The notes under the pieces are model-generated. The model was not told the origin of the DNA. It saw nothing but the letters and a program-made list of their open reading frames with translations, and made no database searches. A DNA stretch of 64,000 nucleotides, taken from NCBI GenBank assembly GCA_963814295.1, contig CAWFCH010000003.1, positions 598,366 through 662,365 on the forward strand. Reading direction: 5' to 3'. Positions 49,519 to 60,313 of the stretch are shown here, in pieces; position 1 is the stretch's first letter; each line of letters begins with the position of its first letter. The position numbers and the translations under genes were made by a program. Source of the DNA: an uncultured Chloroflexia bacterium. GTDB lineage: Bacteria; Chloroflexota; Anaerolineae; Anaerolineales; Anaerolineaceae.

Positions 49519-49549
49519 AAACCGCGCCTTGTGAGGGGCGCGGTTTTAC
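49519..49549. terminator. GC-rich hairpin, candidate terminator downstream of the small zinc-ribbon gene
   Basis: 9-bp stem aaccgcgcc/ggcgcggtt with flanking A and T residues. Confidence 0.45.
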
Positions 49550-49568
49550 TTGGTGGAAAAGATACAGT

Positions 49569-49715
49569 TTACTTGCCGAGGATTTTGTACATCCCGGTGC
49601 CGCAGACTGCGCATTTTCCTTTCATCGCTTTGCGGCCATTTTTCATGGTCACTTCTTCGGTCTCTTTCATTTCTGTCTTTTTCTTGCATTTCATGCAATA
49701 TCCAATTACTGCCAT
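49569..49715 (-). CDS. 48-aa zinc-ribbon protein (DUF5679-like); not in the ORF track because it is under 60 aa
   Basis: AAGGAGGTAAAA ATG, translating to MAVIGYCMKCKKKTEMKETEEVTMKNGRKAMKGKCAVCGTGMYKILGK with CxxC...CxxC. Confidence 0.65.
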   Translation of the reverse strand: MAVIGYCMKCKKKTEMKETEEVTMKNGRKAMKGKCAVCGTGMYKILGK

Positions 49716-49916
49716 TTTTACCTCCTTTGGAATTGGCAATTTCAAATTAGAATCACTCTAATCTGAATTCATTATAGCAGTAACTTTATTGAATTTGTCA
49801 ACCAGTTTTTTACGAGATTTCTTGCCAAAAAAATAACTTTTTTCTTCCACCGCTTGCCATTCCGACCATTTTAGTCTTTAATAAGGATGATCAGATCAAT
49901 CGTCAAGGAGACCGAT

Positions 49917-51848
49917 ATGACCCCATCTTCCGAGAAATTCCACGGTCGCAAAGCCTTCACTCCCACCGCATTGAAGCGACGCACACCCGTACCATCCGAT
50001 ATCGATATCGCGCAGGAAGCCACGCTCAAACCCATTACGCTGGTGGCACAAGAACTTGGGCTTCTACCCTCTGAGACTGAACCTTACGGCGATACCAAGG
50101 CCAAGGTGCGGCTCGAGGTCCTGCAGCGGCTGCAACACATCCCCGATGGCAAGTATATCGATGTGACAGCCATCACCCCCACCCCGTTGGGAGAGGGCAA
50201 GACCACAACCACAGTTGGATTAAGCCAGGCGCTTGGTGCCCATCTCGGTAAGAGCGTGGTGACCTGCATCCGCCAGCCCTCGCAGGGTCCCACCTTCGGC
50301 ATCAAGGGTGGCGCTGCCGGTGGCGGCTATTCGCAGGTCGTGCCGATGGAGGAGTTCAACCTGCACCTTACCGGCGACATCCATGCCATTACCGCTGCCA
50401 ACAATTTGATGGCAGCCGCCATCGACGCGCGCATGTTCCACGAGAGCCAGGCAACGGATGAGCAGCTGTTCAACCGCCTGCTACCGCCAGATAAGAGCGG
50501 CAAGCGCCACTTTACCCGCGGCATGGTGGCCAGATTGGAAAAACTCGGCATTACTGCGTATGACCCTGACGAGTTGAACGAGGAACAGAGACGCAAGCTC
50601 TGCCGCCTGGATATCGATCCCGATACCATAACCTGGCGGCGTGTGGTGGATACCTCCGACCGCTTCCTGCGCGGTATCACCATCGGGCAGGGGCCGGAAG
50701 AGAAGGGCTTCACTCGTGAGACTGGCTATGACATCACCGTCGCTTCCGAAATTATGGCCATCCTCGCTTTAACCACCAGCTTGATGGATATGCGGGAGCG
50801 CTTCGGACGCATCGTCATCGGCATCAGCCGGAGCGGAGAACCTGTCACGGCTGAAGACATTGGCGTCGCTGGCGCGATGACCGTGCTCATGCGCGACGCC
50901 ATAAAACCCACACTGATGCAGACCGTAGAGGGAACACCCGTCTTCGTCCACGCCGGACCGTTCGCCAATATCGCCCACGGCAATTCCAGCATCCTCGCTG
51001 ATAAGATCGCGCTCAAATTGGCGGATTACGTTGTCACCGAGAGCGGTTTCGGGGCTGACATGGGTATGGAAAAATTCATGAACATCAAGTGCCGCTATTC
51101 CGGTTTAGCCCCCTCCGCGGTGGTGCTGGTTGCCACTGTGCGCGCGCTAAAGATGCATGGCGGAGGACCCAAAGTAGTGGCAGGCAAGCCGCTTGACCCG
51201 GCTTATACCTCCGAGAACCTGGAACTGCTGCAAGCGGGGCTGCCCAACATGCTGCATCACATCAAAATTTCGCGCAAATTCGGCGTCCCGGTGGTAGTGG
51301 CGGTCAACCGCTTTATGCACGACACACCCGCCGAACTGGAACTGATCTGTAAAGCCGCGGTGGAGCAAGGTGGCGCTGAGGACGCGGTGATCTGTGAACA
51401 CTGGGAGAAAGGCGGCGCTGGCGCGGTCGACCTGGCACACGCGGTCATCAAGGCGGCTGAGAAGCCCTCAAAATTCGAATTCCTTTACCCGCTGGAATGG
51501 TCGATCAAAGAAAAGATCGAGATCATCGCGCGCGAGATTTACGGCGCAGAAGGTGTCGATTACCTTCCCGAAGCCGAGGAACGCATTGCGGAGTACACCC
51601 GACTGGGGTTTGACAAGCTGCCCATCTGCATGGCCAAGACTCATCTCAGCCTCTCGCATGACGCCACCTTGAAAGGTGTGCCCAAAGGCGTGCGCATCCC
51701 CATCCGCGATGTCCGCGCGTCGGTAGGCGCAGGCTTTCTGTACCCGCTGCTGGGAACCATGTCCACCATGCCCGGGCTGCCCACCCGCCCGATGTTCATG
51801 GAGATCGATATCGAACCCGAAACCGGCAGGATCATCGGATTGAGCTAA
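49917..51848 (+). CDS. fhs: formate--tetrahydrofolate ligase
   Basis: [16 protein letters not shown]-loop and the overall FTHFS sequence. The ATG at 49917 follows AAGGAG. Confidence 0.9.
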   Translation: MTPSSEKFHGRKAFTPTALKRRTPVPSDIDIAQEATLKPITLVAQELGLLPSETEPYGDTKAKVRLEVLQRLQHIPDGKYIDVTAITPTPLGEGKTTTTVGLSQALGAHLGKSVVTCIRQPSQGPTFGIKGGAAGGGYSQVVPMEEFNLHLTGDIHAITAANNLMAAAIDARMFHESQATDEQLFNRLLPPDKSGKRHFTRGMVARLEKLGITAYDPDELNEEQRRKLCRLDIDPDTITWRRVVDTSDRFLRGITIGQGPEEKGFTRETGYDITVASEIMAILALTTSLMDMRERFGRIVIGISRSGEPVTAEDIGVAGAMTVLMRDAIKPTLMQTVEGTPVFVHAGPFANIAHGNSSILADKIALKLADYVVTESGFGADMGMEKFMNIKCRYSGLAPSAVVLVATVRALKMHGGGPKVVAGKPLDPAYTSENLELLQAGLPNMLHHIKISRKFGVPVVVAVNRFMHDTPAELELICKAAVEQGGAEDAVICEHWEKGGAGAVDLAHAVIKAAEKPSKFEFLYPLEWSIKEKIEIIAREIYGAEGVDYLPEAEERIAEYTRLGFDKLPICMAKTHLSLSHDATLKGVPKGVRIPIRDVRASVGAGFLYPLLGTMSTMPGLPTRPMFMEIDIEPETGRIIGLS

Positions 51849-51920
51849 AACTCAGGAGAATGCTTGATTTTAAATTCTTTGGCTGTTTACATTTCTTGAC
51901 TGTTGAATTCACAACCTGTC

Positions 51921-51963
51921 ACCCTGGTTCCATGAACGACACGGAACCAGGGTCTTCTTTTAT
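51921..51963 (+). terminator. intrinsic terminator of fhs
   Basis: 10-bp stem ccctggttcc/ggaaccaggg, followed by tcttctttt. Confidence 0.7.
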
Positions 51964-52088
51964 AGAAAGAGTAAAGTTGAACTAATCTCCAAGTTTCTTG
52001 ATCAATTCGTTTTTATCATTAGAAGGTCAACTCTTCGAGCACGCAGTTATAATTAAATCCAATTCATATTCGTATTGGAGTCAATCAC

Positions 52089-53168
52089 ATGCCATACTAC
52101 CCCATCCAGGAACTGAAGGAATACGCCGCCCGCTATCTCACCCGTTGGGGTATCACGGATGAAGACGCCGCCATCGCCGCCGACGTGCTGGTCAGTGCGG
52201 ATATGCGCGGGGTGGATTCCCACGGGCTGATCCGCCTGCAGAATTATTACGGCTCCCGTCTTGAGCAAGGGTTGATCAATCCCCACGCTACATTCACTGT
52301 GCTGCGTGAGACACCGACCACCCTTTCCATTGACGCCAACAACGGGTTGGGTCATCCGGCAGGTGTGAAGGCAATGCGCCTGTGCATCGAAAAAGCCAGG
52401 CAAGCCGGGCTGGCCATGGCAACGGTGTGCAACAGCAACCATTACGGCATCGCCGGCTACTACGCCATGATGGCGTTATCAGAGGGAATGATCGGTGTGA
52501 GCTTCACCAATTCCGGTCCGCTGGTAGCGCCCACCCACGGCCGGAAGGCGATGCTGGGTACCAACCCCATCGCGGTGGCGGTACCCGCTGGTACCAGCCG
52601 TCCCTTCGTACTGGATATGGCTACCAGCATCGTCCCGATCGGACGCGTCTCCGTTTACCACAAGAACGGTAAACCCATCCCTTCCGGATGGGGAATTGAC
52701 AGCGAGGGACGCGTCACTGAAGACCCGGCCATGGTGATCAACGGCGGCGCGCTGATGCCGCTTGGCGGCCCGGAACTGCTGCGCGGATATAAGGGCTACG
52801 GGCTGGGTCTGCTTGTGGACATTTTTTCCGGCGTTCTGGCAGGCGCTGGTTTCGGAGAGCAGGTCTACGGTTCTTCCGCTCCTGGAGCGTCGCGTATCGG
52901 ACATTTCTTCGCTGCAATCCGCATTGACGCCTTCCGCGACCCGGTTGAATTCGCAAGCGACATGGACGCTCTCCTGGGTACGCTGAGGGATTCGCCCAAA
53001 GCTGCGGGTGAAGAACGCATATACATCCACGGTGAGAAGGAATTCGAAAAAGCTGAACGCGCCCTTGTGGAAGGGGTACCGCTATCAGATTTGGCGGTAA
53101 AGACGCTCATCGAGGCCGGGGAACAGGCGGGTGTGCCCTTCAACCTCACCCCGATGACATCGGTGTAA
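52089..53168 (+). CDS. Ldh family (malate/L-lactate dehydrogenase family 2) oxidoreductase
   Basis: GVDSHGLIRL, NSNHYGIAGYY and GGxKGYGLGLLVDI are motifs typical of Ldh_2. Confidence 0.8.
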   Translation: MPYYPIQELKEYAARYLTRWGITDEDAAIAADVLVSADMRGVDSHGLIRLQNYYGSRLEQGLINPHATFTVLRETPTTLSIDANNGLGHPAGVKAMRLCIEKARQAGLAMATVCNSNHYGIAGYYAMMALSEGMIGVSFTNSGPLVAPTHGRKAMLGTNPIAVAVPAGTSRPFVLDMATSIVPIGRVSVYHKNGKPIPSGWGIDSEGRVTEDPAMVINGGALMPLGGPELLRGYKGYGLGLLVDIFSGVLAGAGFGEQVYGSSAPGASRIGHFFAAIRIDAFRDPVEFASDMDALLGTLRDSPKAAGEERIYIHGEKEFEKAERALVEGVPLSDLAVKTLIEAGEQAGVPFNLTPMTSV

Positions 53169-53176
53169 CCCTCAAG

Positions 53177-54781
53177 TCATTTCTGTATCAAGATACAGGC
53201 TTCGTAGCTGCCCAATTTCAGCCAGCCTTTTTCAAATATTGGCTGGCTTCGTTCTTTATTGGAGAGCAGCACTTCCCATCGATGGCGGGTTACCTCGCCG
53301 CCGACTGCCAGTTTCGAGCGCCGCCGGGCGAAGTTCAGCGCCACCAGGATGGTCTGATCAGTGTCCTGGCGCATATAGGCAAGGATCCGCTGCGGGTTGT
53401 GGTGGAGTGGGATGAACATGCCCCGCTGCAACGCCGGGTGCGCGCGCCGCAGATGCAGCAGGGATTTGTAGAAACTGAGCAGGGAGTGCGGGTCAGCTTC
53501 TTGTTCTTCGACGTTGCGATTGCTGAATCCTGGATTCAGCTTCAACCACGGCGTGCCTTTGGTGAAACCGGCATTCACATCCGCGTTCCATTGCATGGGT
53601 GAACGGCAGCCGTCCCTCCCGACCGGAGCAGGCCAGTAACGCTTGCCAACCGGGTCCTGTATTTCGGACCGTTTTACTTGAATGTCGCGCATCCCAATCT
53701 CTTCACCATAATAGAGATAGGGCGTACCACGCAGGGTGAGCAGCATCGCCGCTGCCACTTTGAGTTTTTCGTCACCACTGCCCGCCCTAAGGCGCGTCGC
53801 TGACCTGGGATTGTCATGATTGTTCATCACGTGGTTTGGCCATGCGCCATCATGGAGAACCTTTTCCTGCCTAAGTACGTATTCCAGGTAGCGAGCCGGG
53901 TTCCATTGGCTTTTAAGCATCGAGAAATCAAAAGTCGCGTGCAGCTTTCCCGGACCGCTGTAACTGGCAGCTATCTCAGGAGTTGCCATGAAGGTCTCTC
54001 CAACCACGTAACGTTCAGGATATTCTTCCAGTAGCGACCGGATATCAGCGACCACACTCTGCATCTCCGGCTGGTTGGTATCGTACAGGTGGCGCTGACG
54101 GTCAAACGATCGAATACCAAACCTGGGCGGGTTATCGCTGAACTGCTCATCCTTGAAGTACTCGTTGAACACATCCAGTCTGAAGCCATCCACCCTACGG
54201 TCTGCCCAGAAACGGAAAATATCCATCATTTCCTTATAAACCTCATGATTACGCCAATTGAGGTCAGGCTGTTTATTACAGAACATGTGGTAGTAATACT
54301 GGCCGGTCACATCGTCGAACGCCCAGGCCTTGCCACCAAAAAATGACAGCCAGTTATTTGGAGGGATCTGCTTCCCGTTTGGATTTTCCCGCCAGAGATA
54401 CCAGTCACGCTTGGGGTTATCGGTTGAAGACCGCGACTCGATGAACCAGGAATGCTGGTCGGAAGTATGGTTCAGTACCAGGTCAACAATAACGCGGATC
54501 CCACGCTGGTGCGCGCTTGCCACCAGGCGGTCAAAATCCGCCAGCGTGCCGTATTTCGGGTCAATGTCCAGGTAGTTCGCAACATCATAGCCGAAGTCAA
54601 CATCCGGTGACGGGTTGATGGGTGAAAGCCAGATGGCATCGATACCCAGTTCAGCCAAATAATCGAGCTTTTGAATGATCCCGTTCAGGTCACCGATTCC
54701 ATCGCCATTGCTATCTGCAAAGGAACGCGGATAAATCTGGTAAATCACCCCGTCTTTCCACCACAAACCTGTATACTCCAT
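53177..54781 (-). CDS. GH13 alpha-glucosidase / oligo-1,6-glucosidase-like
   Basis: WWKDGVIYQIYPRSFADSNGDGIGDL, DLVLNHTS, GFRLDV, GE and NHDN are the conserved regions. Confidence 0.85.
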   Translation of the reverse strand: MEYTGLWWKDGVIYQIYPRSFADSNGDGIGDLNGIIQKLDYLAELGIDAIWLSPINPSPDVDFGYDVANYLDIDPKYGTLADFDRLVASAHQRGIRVIVDLVLNHTSDQHSWFIESRSSTDNPKRDWYLWRENPNGKQIPPNNWLSFFGGKAWAFDDVTGQYYYHMFCNKQPDLNWRNHEVYKEMMDIFRFWADRRVDGFRLDVFNEYFKDEQFSDNPPRFGIRSFDRQRHLYDTNQPEMQSVVADIRSLLEEYPERYVVGETFMATPEIAASYSGPGKLHATFDFSMLKSQWNPARYLEYVLRQEKVLHDGAWPNHVMNNHDNPRSATRLRAGSGDEKLKVAAAMLLTLRGTPYLYYGEEIGMRDIQVKRSEIQDPVGKRYWPAPVGRDGCRSPMQWNADVNAGFTKGTPWLKLNPGFSNRNVEEQEADPHSLLSFYKSLLHLRRAHPALQRGMFIPLHHNPQRILAYMRQDTDQTILVALNFARRRSKLAVGGEVTRHRWEVLLSNKERSQPIFEKGWLKLGSYEACILIQK

Positions 54782-54986
54782 GCCTGCCTCCTGGGTTGGT
54801 TGATTTTAGCATAGTACAATATTTCAAGGACAGCGCGCCTTACTCTAAACACTGATAAATATCAATCTCTGATATCATCGTTGCAGGTCAAAAGGTTACA
54901 CAGCGGAATTTGATGCTTGTCAAAATTGCTCGGGACAATTTGATTTGACCTTTCACATCAATGGATTGCCTTGGAGGGGATGATAC

Positions 54987-56267
54987 GTGTACTTTGATCT
55001 TTCCGCTTTTTTTCGCTATAACTTCAAAGCTTTCTTTAAGGCCAGGGGGAAGCATTACCGTTTGACTCCCAGGCGATTCCTGGTGCTTTTTATCTGGCTG
55101 ATCCTCTACATCCCAGCTCAGCTTATCAACCGTTTCTTTTTCCTCCTGGATGAAGTGCTCTTCCCGCGTTACCGCCAGCAGGAGGTCAGGCAGCCGGTAT
55201 TCATCATCGGCAACCCGCGCAGCGGTACCACATTCCTCCATAGGCTCTTGGACGAGGATAAACAGCATTTCACCTCCTTCAAGGTTTGGGAACTTATCTT
55301 TGCCCCATCTGTCACACAACGCAAGCTTATCTGGGCGCTCATCCGGGTTGCCCGCCTGGTAGGTGCGCCGTTACAGAAAATGACGCAGAATTTGAACAAA
55401 AGCATTGAGAAGCAATCGAAAGCGCATGCCGTGCGGATCGATGCCGCTGAAGAGGACGACCACATTCTGATCCACGCCTGGTCTAGTGAAACCCTCTGGT
55501 CACTTTACCCGATAGAGGAGGAAATGCTCCCCTATTTCTTTTTTGACAGGGACATTCCGCGCCCGCAGCAGGATAGGGTGATGAAGTTTTACCGCAGCAT
55601 GCTTCAGCGGCACCTTTATGCGCATGGCGGAAAGCTCACTTTACTATCAAAAAACCCTGCCCAAACCCCCAAGGTCGATAGCCTGCTGCGCACCTTCCCT
55701 GACGCGCGCTTCATCGATCTTGCCCGCAACCCCCTCGAATGCATTCCCTCAATGATGAGCCTGATGGCAATGGGTTGGCACCTCCTGTGCGATCCGCTTG
55801 AACAGTACCCGCATCAACAGGAATTTCTCGATGTCATGGGATTTTTTTACCGCTACCCCCTTGAATACTTCGAAGACAAACCCGGCCTCTGCTTCTTTAT
55901 CCGGTACGAAAACATGGTCCAGGATCCGAGGAAAACTATTGAATCCGTGTACGAATTCCTTGGAATGGCAATCACCCCTGAATTTGATATCGTGGTGAAT
56001 AGGGAAACCGAAAAAGCCAGTCATTACCAGAGCCAGCATCATTACTCGCTGGAAGAAATGAACTTAAGTGAAAAGCACCTGCTCGAAACTTATTCAGATA
56101 TCTTCAGTTTTTACGAATTCAGTGAAACCCGCATTGAATTGCCTGATGAGGGTCACTTATCAAGGATCAAGGAATGGCATATCACGAAAAAACGTTACAA
56201 GCGGTTGCAGGCCAGGCAGTTGAGGAAAGCGAAGCGGCAGGAAAAAAGGATGATTCGCCTTGATTAA
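54987..56267 (+). CDS. sulfotransferase family protein with N-terminal hydrophobic segment (GTG start)
   Basis: PAPS 5'-PSB loop IIGNPRSGTTFLHRLL and a 3'-PB-like region LLSKNP. The C-terminal tail is basic. Confidence 0.65.
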   Translation: MYFDLSAFFRYNFKAFFKARGKHYRLTPRRFLVLFIWLILYIPAQLINRFFFLLDEVLFPRYRQQEVRQPVFIIGNPRSGTTFLHRLLDEDKQHFTSFKVWELIFAPSVTQRKLIWALIRVARLVGAPLQKMTQNLNKSIEKQSKAHAVRIDAAEEDDHILIHAWSSETLWSLYPIEEEMLPYFFFDRDIPRPQQDRVMKFYRSMLQRHLYAHGGKLTLLSKNPAQTPKVDSLLRTFPDARFIDLARNPLECIPSMMSLMAMGWHLLCDPLEQYPHQQEFLDVMGFFYRYPLEYFEDKPGLCFFIRYENMVQDPRKTIESVYEFLGMAITPEFDIVVNRETEKASHYQSQHHYSLEEMNLSEKHLLETYSDIFSFYEFSETRIELPDEGHLSRIKEWHITKKRYKRLQARQLRKAKRQEKRMIRLD

Positions 56268-56374
56268 GAATTGCAGTTTTTGGGTAACTTTTCAATATAA
56301 TTCCGATAATCCAAAAGAATTCAATATAATAATGCATGATGGTGTTCACTCATTACGCAATATAAGGAGCATCA

Positions 56375-57835
56375 ATGTTCACGTCACACCTCGTTCGAAC
56401 TGCATCTCTGGTTATTTTTACCCTGGTTCTCACGGCCTGCTCGGGTTCTCAGCAAGTCTTACCCACAGCGCAGGTCCATGAGCCGACACCAGCAGTTGTA
56501 AGCGTACCGACAGCTTCTGAGCTACCAACACCTGCAGCGGATGATACAGAGGTGGTCGTTGATGATGACCTAATCCATCTCTGGGCAGAGAGTGGTATTC
56601 TCAGCCCGTTCGAGATACCGGACGTTGCCATTGGTTCACCGGACTCCTCTCCCGGCTGCGGCAGCGGGAACCTGGCTGGTCTCGAGGAAACGGATGGCGA
56701 GATATACCTCACTCTTCAATACAATCAACCATTGATCCCGCAACTGGTCAAACTTGTCCTTGAAGACCAGGCCGATGGAATCGAGCGGGTAGAGATACTC
56801 AACACAAGCACAGGCCTGGGCAGGGAAATCTATAATTCGAATAATGCCATAACCAAAAATGTGCTTGATGACAATGACTGCGCTCTGAGCATCAGCCTTC
56901 CCGTTGAAATAGATTTTGAAGTGAACACGGTAATCATCGGTTTCAGTAACCTTGCTACCGCGCGTATGCTGGATGCGGTTGAACTTGTGGGTGCCCCGGT
57001 GATTTATGATGAACCGCTCGTCTACTGGCGCGTTCCATTACCCGGCATCCCGGTGAGCGTTACTGTGGATGCCCTCAACCAGGTCGTTGTCTCAACTGAA
57101 CCCAATAACCTTTTGAAATTTGATGTCGAAGGCAACCTGTTGGAGGAACTGCCTCCGCCTACCGCCGGGAGGATCACCGACATGACCACCGATGCTGGCG
57201 GTAACCTGGTGCTGAGCGATGGGGATTTTGGCGAATTTGTCGTCCTGAAACAGGATGGTGAACAGGAAAGAGGTGGAGGAGATGCTCCCGCAGTTCAGGT
57301 GGCAGTGGGTCCGGGGCAGGAAAATATCTACCTGCTGGGTGACCTGGGTGGTCTGTATTACCTGCTCAGCTATCTTCCCGGCACATACGAAATCATCAAC
57401 CCGCTGCCGCTTGATGGCACCTCATACGCTGGTCTTTTTTTCAATCCTGAGAACAAACTGTACACCATGCGGGATGAGGATGGCTTCCTGGTGGAAATCG
57501 ACCCAATAACCGGGCTTGAGATCGACAGTATTCCCTTAATGGAATACGATGAAGAAGGCGTCTTACCGCGTGACCTGGCAATTGATTGGGACGGAAACTT
57601 TTATGTCCTCTTCACCTCCAATACGGATAATACCGCCGTGCACGTCCTTGACCCGAGTGGTTTCCATATTCAAAGTCTCGGGACACTCGTTTACGAACCC
57701 GATGGCGATTGGCCCGAAGGAAGTTATTATGATCCGCGGGGCATCGCTCTCAGCCCCGATGCCCGCTTTGCGTTCATCATCGATGGAAATGGTGAAATCA
57801 ATTACCTTACCTGCCTGCTGCTTCGGTTTGATTGA
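56375..57835 (+). CDS. hypothetical lipoprotein, beta-propeller-like C-terminal half
   Basis: Lipobox LTACSG, an acidic linker and repeated beta-strand-rich segments. Confidence 0.45.
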   Translation: MFTSHLVRTASLVIFTLVLTACSGSQQVLPTAQVHEPTPAVVSVPTASELPTPAADDTEVVVDDDLIHLWAESGILSPFEIPDVAIGSPDSSPGCGSGNLAGLEETDGEIYLTLQYNQPLIPQLVKLVLEDQADGIERVEILNTSTGLGREIYNSNNAITKNVLDDNDCALSISLPVEIDFEVNTVIIGFSNLATARMLDAVELVGAPVIYDEPLVYWRVPLPGIPVSVTVDALNQVVVSTEPNNLLKFDVEGNLLEELPPPTAGRITDMTTDAGGNLVLSDGDFGEFVVLKQDGEQERGGGDAPAVQVAVGPGQENIYLLGDLGGLYYLLSYLPGTYEIINPLPLDGTSYAGLFFNPENKLYTMRDEDGFLVEIDPITGLEIDSIPLMEYDEEGVLPRDLAIDWDGNFYVLFTSNTDNTAVHVLDPSGFHIQSLGTLVYEPDGDWPEGSYYDPRGIALSPDARFAFIIDGNGEINYLTCLLLRFD

Positions 57836-57898
57836 TAAAATTGAGGATTTCTGGTATTAACGAAAGATATGATAATAGCAAGTAAGTAAAAATTAACC

Positions 57899-57928
57899 TT
57901 GACCCCAAAGGATGGATTGTGATAAAAT
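57899..57928 (+). promoter_or_regulatory. candidate sigma-70 promoter of the nusA operon
   Basis: TTGACC, an 18-nt spacer, then TAAAAT with an upstream TG (TGATAAAAT extended -10). Confidence 0.5.
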
Positions 57929-57965
57929 GATTTCTGTACGAAAAACATTTGAGGTTTCAACACCG

Positions 57966-57992
57966 AAAAGTGGGCATCCCCCACTTTTCTTA
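57966..57992 (+). terminator. terminator-like hairpin in the nusA leader (possible attenuator)
   Basis: Stem aaaagtggg/cccactttt, loop catc, followed by a T-rich tract about 50 nt upstream of the nusA ATG. Confidence 0.5.
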
Positions 57993-58043
57993 TTATCATA
58001 AACTTCATATAGATCAATTCAAGACCAGGTGGAGATAAAAGCA

Positions 58044-59966
58044 ATGAAGAACGAATTTACACTCGCGTTCAACGAAGTACTCGAAGAAAAGGGGTTGCCC
58101 AAGGATGTCATCCTTGAAGCGCTCGAATCTGCGATGGTTTCTGCCTACCGGCGATCTGTGAACGCCTCGAACGAACAGCAAATTGAGGCCAGGGTCGATA
58201 TTGAAACCGGCAAGGTGACCATTTTTGCACAGAAAGAGGTCGTTGACTCCGTTGAAAACGACGTCACCGAGGTTGAACTCGAAATTGCTCGCCAGGTGGA
58301 CCCCGAAGCACAACTGGGTGACCTGGTGATCGTTGAATCCACTCCCGGTGATTTCGGGCGTGTTGCCGCCCAAACCGCCCGGCAGGTGATTCAGCAGCGC
58401 ATCCGCGACGCTGAGCGTAAAGCTCAGGTAGGGTTCTATGAGAAGCAGCTGGGTGAGATTGTCAGCGGCGTAGTGCAGGCTGTTGGCGCAGCCGGTTTGA
58501 CCATCGGTCTCGAGATGAAAACCGAAGCCAGCATGCCTCGTAAGGAAATGATCCCCGGGGAACGTTTCCATATTCACGATCGGGTTCGCGCCCTGGTTGC
58601 CGAAGTGAAGGATTCACAACGCGGACCGCAAATTATTCTTTCACGCACCCACCGCGATTTTCTGCGGCGCCTGCTTGAGAACGAAGTCCCCGAGATCTTT
58701 CATGGTATCGTGGAGATTCGCTCCATTGCCCGCGAGCCGGGAGACCGCGCCAAGGTGGCCGTATCCGCCACTCAGCAGGGTATCGACCCTGTGGGTGCCT
58801 GCGTAGGTATTCGCGGCGTGCGCATCCAGGCGATCGTCAAGGAACTGCATGATGAAAAGATCGATGTCATTGAGTGGAATCCAGACCCGGCAGTGTTTAT
58901 TGCCAAAGCCATCAGCCCGGCCAGGGTAAGTGGTGTCTACCTCACTGATCAGCGGACCAGCAGCGGTAAAACAGCCACCGTGGTCGTTCCCGAAGATATG
59001 CTCAGCCTGGCTATTGGCCGTGTGGGGCAGAACGCCCGCCTGGCTGCCAAGCTCACCGGGTGGCGCATCGACATTAAAAGTCTGCCTGAAGCCGCTGGTG
59101 ATGCACTTGCGAAACTGGCAAAGGATTCAACCCTCGAAGCTCTGAAAGAAAGCGAAAAAGAGAACGCTGCCCGTATCCAGGAATTTTTAGCACGTAAAGC
59201 TGAAGGCAAACCTCTCTCACCGGAGGAATACGACCTCATGACGAAATTCGTAGACCGGGTGGAGCGAAAAGCCATCGATAAGAACGAGGAACAATACAGG
59301 CTGGAAGAGCAAAAACTTGCAGAGGTCAAAAAATCGATCCCTGCCTCAGCTTTCGAAACCAGCATTCTTGATAGTGGCCTTCCCGAACACATCGCCGTCC
59401 TAATGCAAGAGGCTGGTTACTTCAGCCTTGGTGAATTGGCGATGCAGGTAAAACGTGATGCAGACAAAATACTTGGTATTAACGGCATCGGCACGCGCGC
59501 CATGGATAACATCAACGATCGAATCGCTGAATTGGATAAACAACTGGCTGAAGAACAGGCAGCGCTAGAGGCTGCAGCCAGGGTCGAAACCCTGGCGGAG
59601 GAAATGGCCGTCGAAGAACCGGTCGCCGAAGTAGAGACTCCACAAGAAGTTGCTGTGATGACGCCTGAAGAGGTTGAACAAGTAATTGAAACCGTTGTGG
59701 ACGAACCAGTTGTATCTACCGGCATCGCTGGAGAAGTAGAACCGGAGAAAGAACCATCTCTTGAGGAACTGTTCACCCTGCGTCCAGAAGTACTGGATAC
59801 AACCAATATCGTGGACGAAGAAGACAATGACGAAGGTGGCAAAGCCAAGAAGAAAGGCAAGAAGAAAGGTAAGAACGTTGTGGTTACCTACGACCCAGAT
59901 CGCGACATGACCGTGGTGCAGAAAAAGCACAAACGCGGCGACGGCGGTTGGGGTTGGGAAGAGTAA
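58044..59966 (+). CDS. nusA: transcription termination/antitermination factor NusA with a long C-terminal extension
   Basis: NTD, S1 and KH1/KH2 ([41 protein letters not shown]) are followed by about 290 aa of HhH-like, acidic and lysine-rich sequence. Confidence 0.9.
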   Translation: MKNEFTLAFNEVLEEKGLPKDVILEALESAMVSAYRRSVNASNEQQIEARVDIETGKVTIFAQKEVVDSVENDVTEVELEIARQVDPEAQLGDLVIVESTPGDFGRVAAQTARQVIQQRIRDAERKAQVGFYEKQLGEIVSGVVQAVGAAGLTIGLEMKTEASMPRKEMIPGERFHIHDRVRALVAEVKDSQRGPQIILSRTHRDFLRRLLENEVPEIFHGIVEIRSIAREPGDRAKVAVSATQQGIDPVGACVGIRGVRIQAIVKELHDEKIDVIEWNPDPAVFIAKAISPARVSGVYLTDQRTSSGKTATVVVPEDMLSLAIGRVGQNARLAAKLTGWRIDIKSLPEAAGDALAKLAKDSTLEALKESEKENAARIQEFLARKAEGKPLSPEEYDLMTKFVDRVERKAIDKNEEQYRLEEQKLAEVKKSIPASAFETSILDSGLPEHIAVLMQEAGYFSLGELAMQVKRDADKILGINGIGTRAMDNINDRIAELDKQLAEEQAALEAAARVETLAEEMAVEEPVAEVETPQEVAVMTPEEVEQVIETVVDEPVVSTGIAGEVEPEKEPSLEELFTLRPEVLDTTNIVDEEDNDEGGKAKKKGKKKGKNVVVTYDPDRDMTVVQKKHKRGDGGWGWEE

Positions 59967-59983
59967 AGTAGCGAGAAAGACAG

Positions 59984-60313
59984 GTGGTGAAAAAACCGCA
60001 AAAACGGATGAAGCACGTCCCACAGCGCACCTGCATCGGCTGCAGAACGGTTCTCGCCAAACGGGAACTGGTCCGGTTGGTCCGCACTCCGGAAGGAGTG
60101 AAGTTGGATCCGACCGGTAAAACCGCAGGCAGGGGAGCTTACGTGCACAACATCCGTTCGTGCTGGGAACAGGCACTGAAAGGTCCGATCAATCATGCCC
60201 TGCGAATGGAGATCAACGCGGAAGACAGGCAAATGTTGAAGGATTACATCAGCCGCCTTCCCGAGAGTGAAACCGCAGAAATGAGCGTCAAGAGCGATAA
60301 CATGGCAGAGTAA
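59984..60313 (+). CDS. ylxR: YlxR/RnpM family RNA-binding protein (DUF448), GTG start
   Basis: PQRTCIGCR...KRELVRLV...GRGAYV motif and the conserved position between nusA and infB. Confidence 0.85.
   Translation: MVKKPQKRMKHVPQRTCIGCRTVLAKRELVRLVRTPEGVKLDPTGKTAGRGAYVHNIRSCWEQALKGPINHALRMEINAEDRQMLKDYISRLPESETAEMSVKSDNMAE

Noticed and set aside
49531-49761. Plus-strand ORFs of 76 and 66 aa in the antiporter-fhs spacer.
   Set aside because: They are the reverse strand of the better-supported 48-aa zinc-ribbon gene, which has a strong RBS, CxxC pairs and a terminator.
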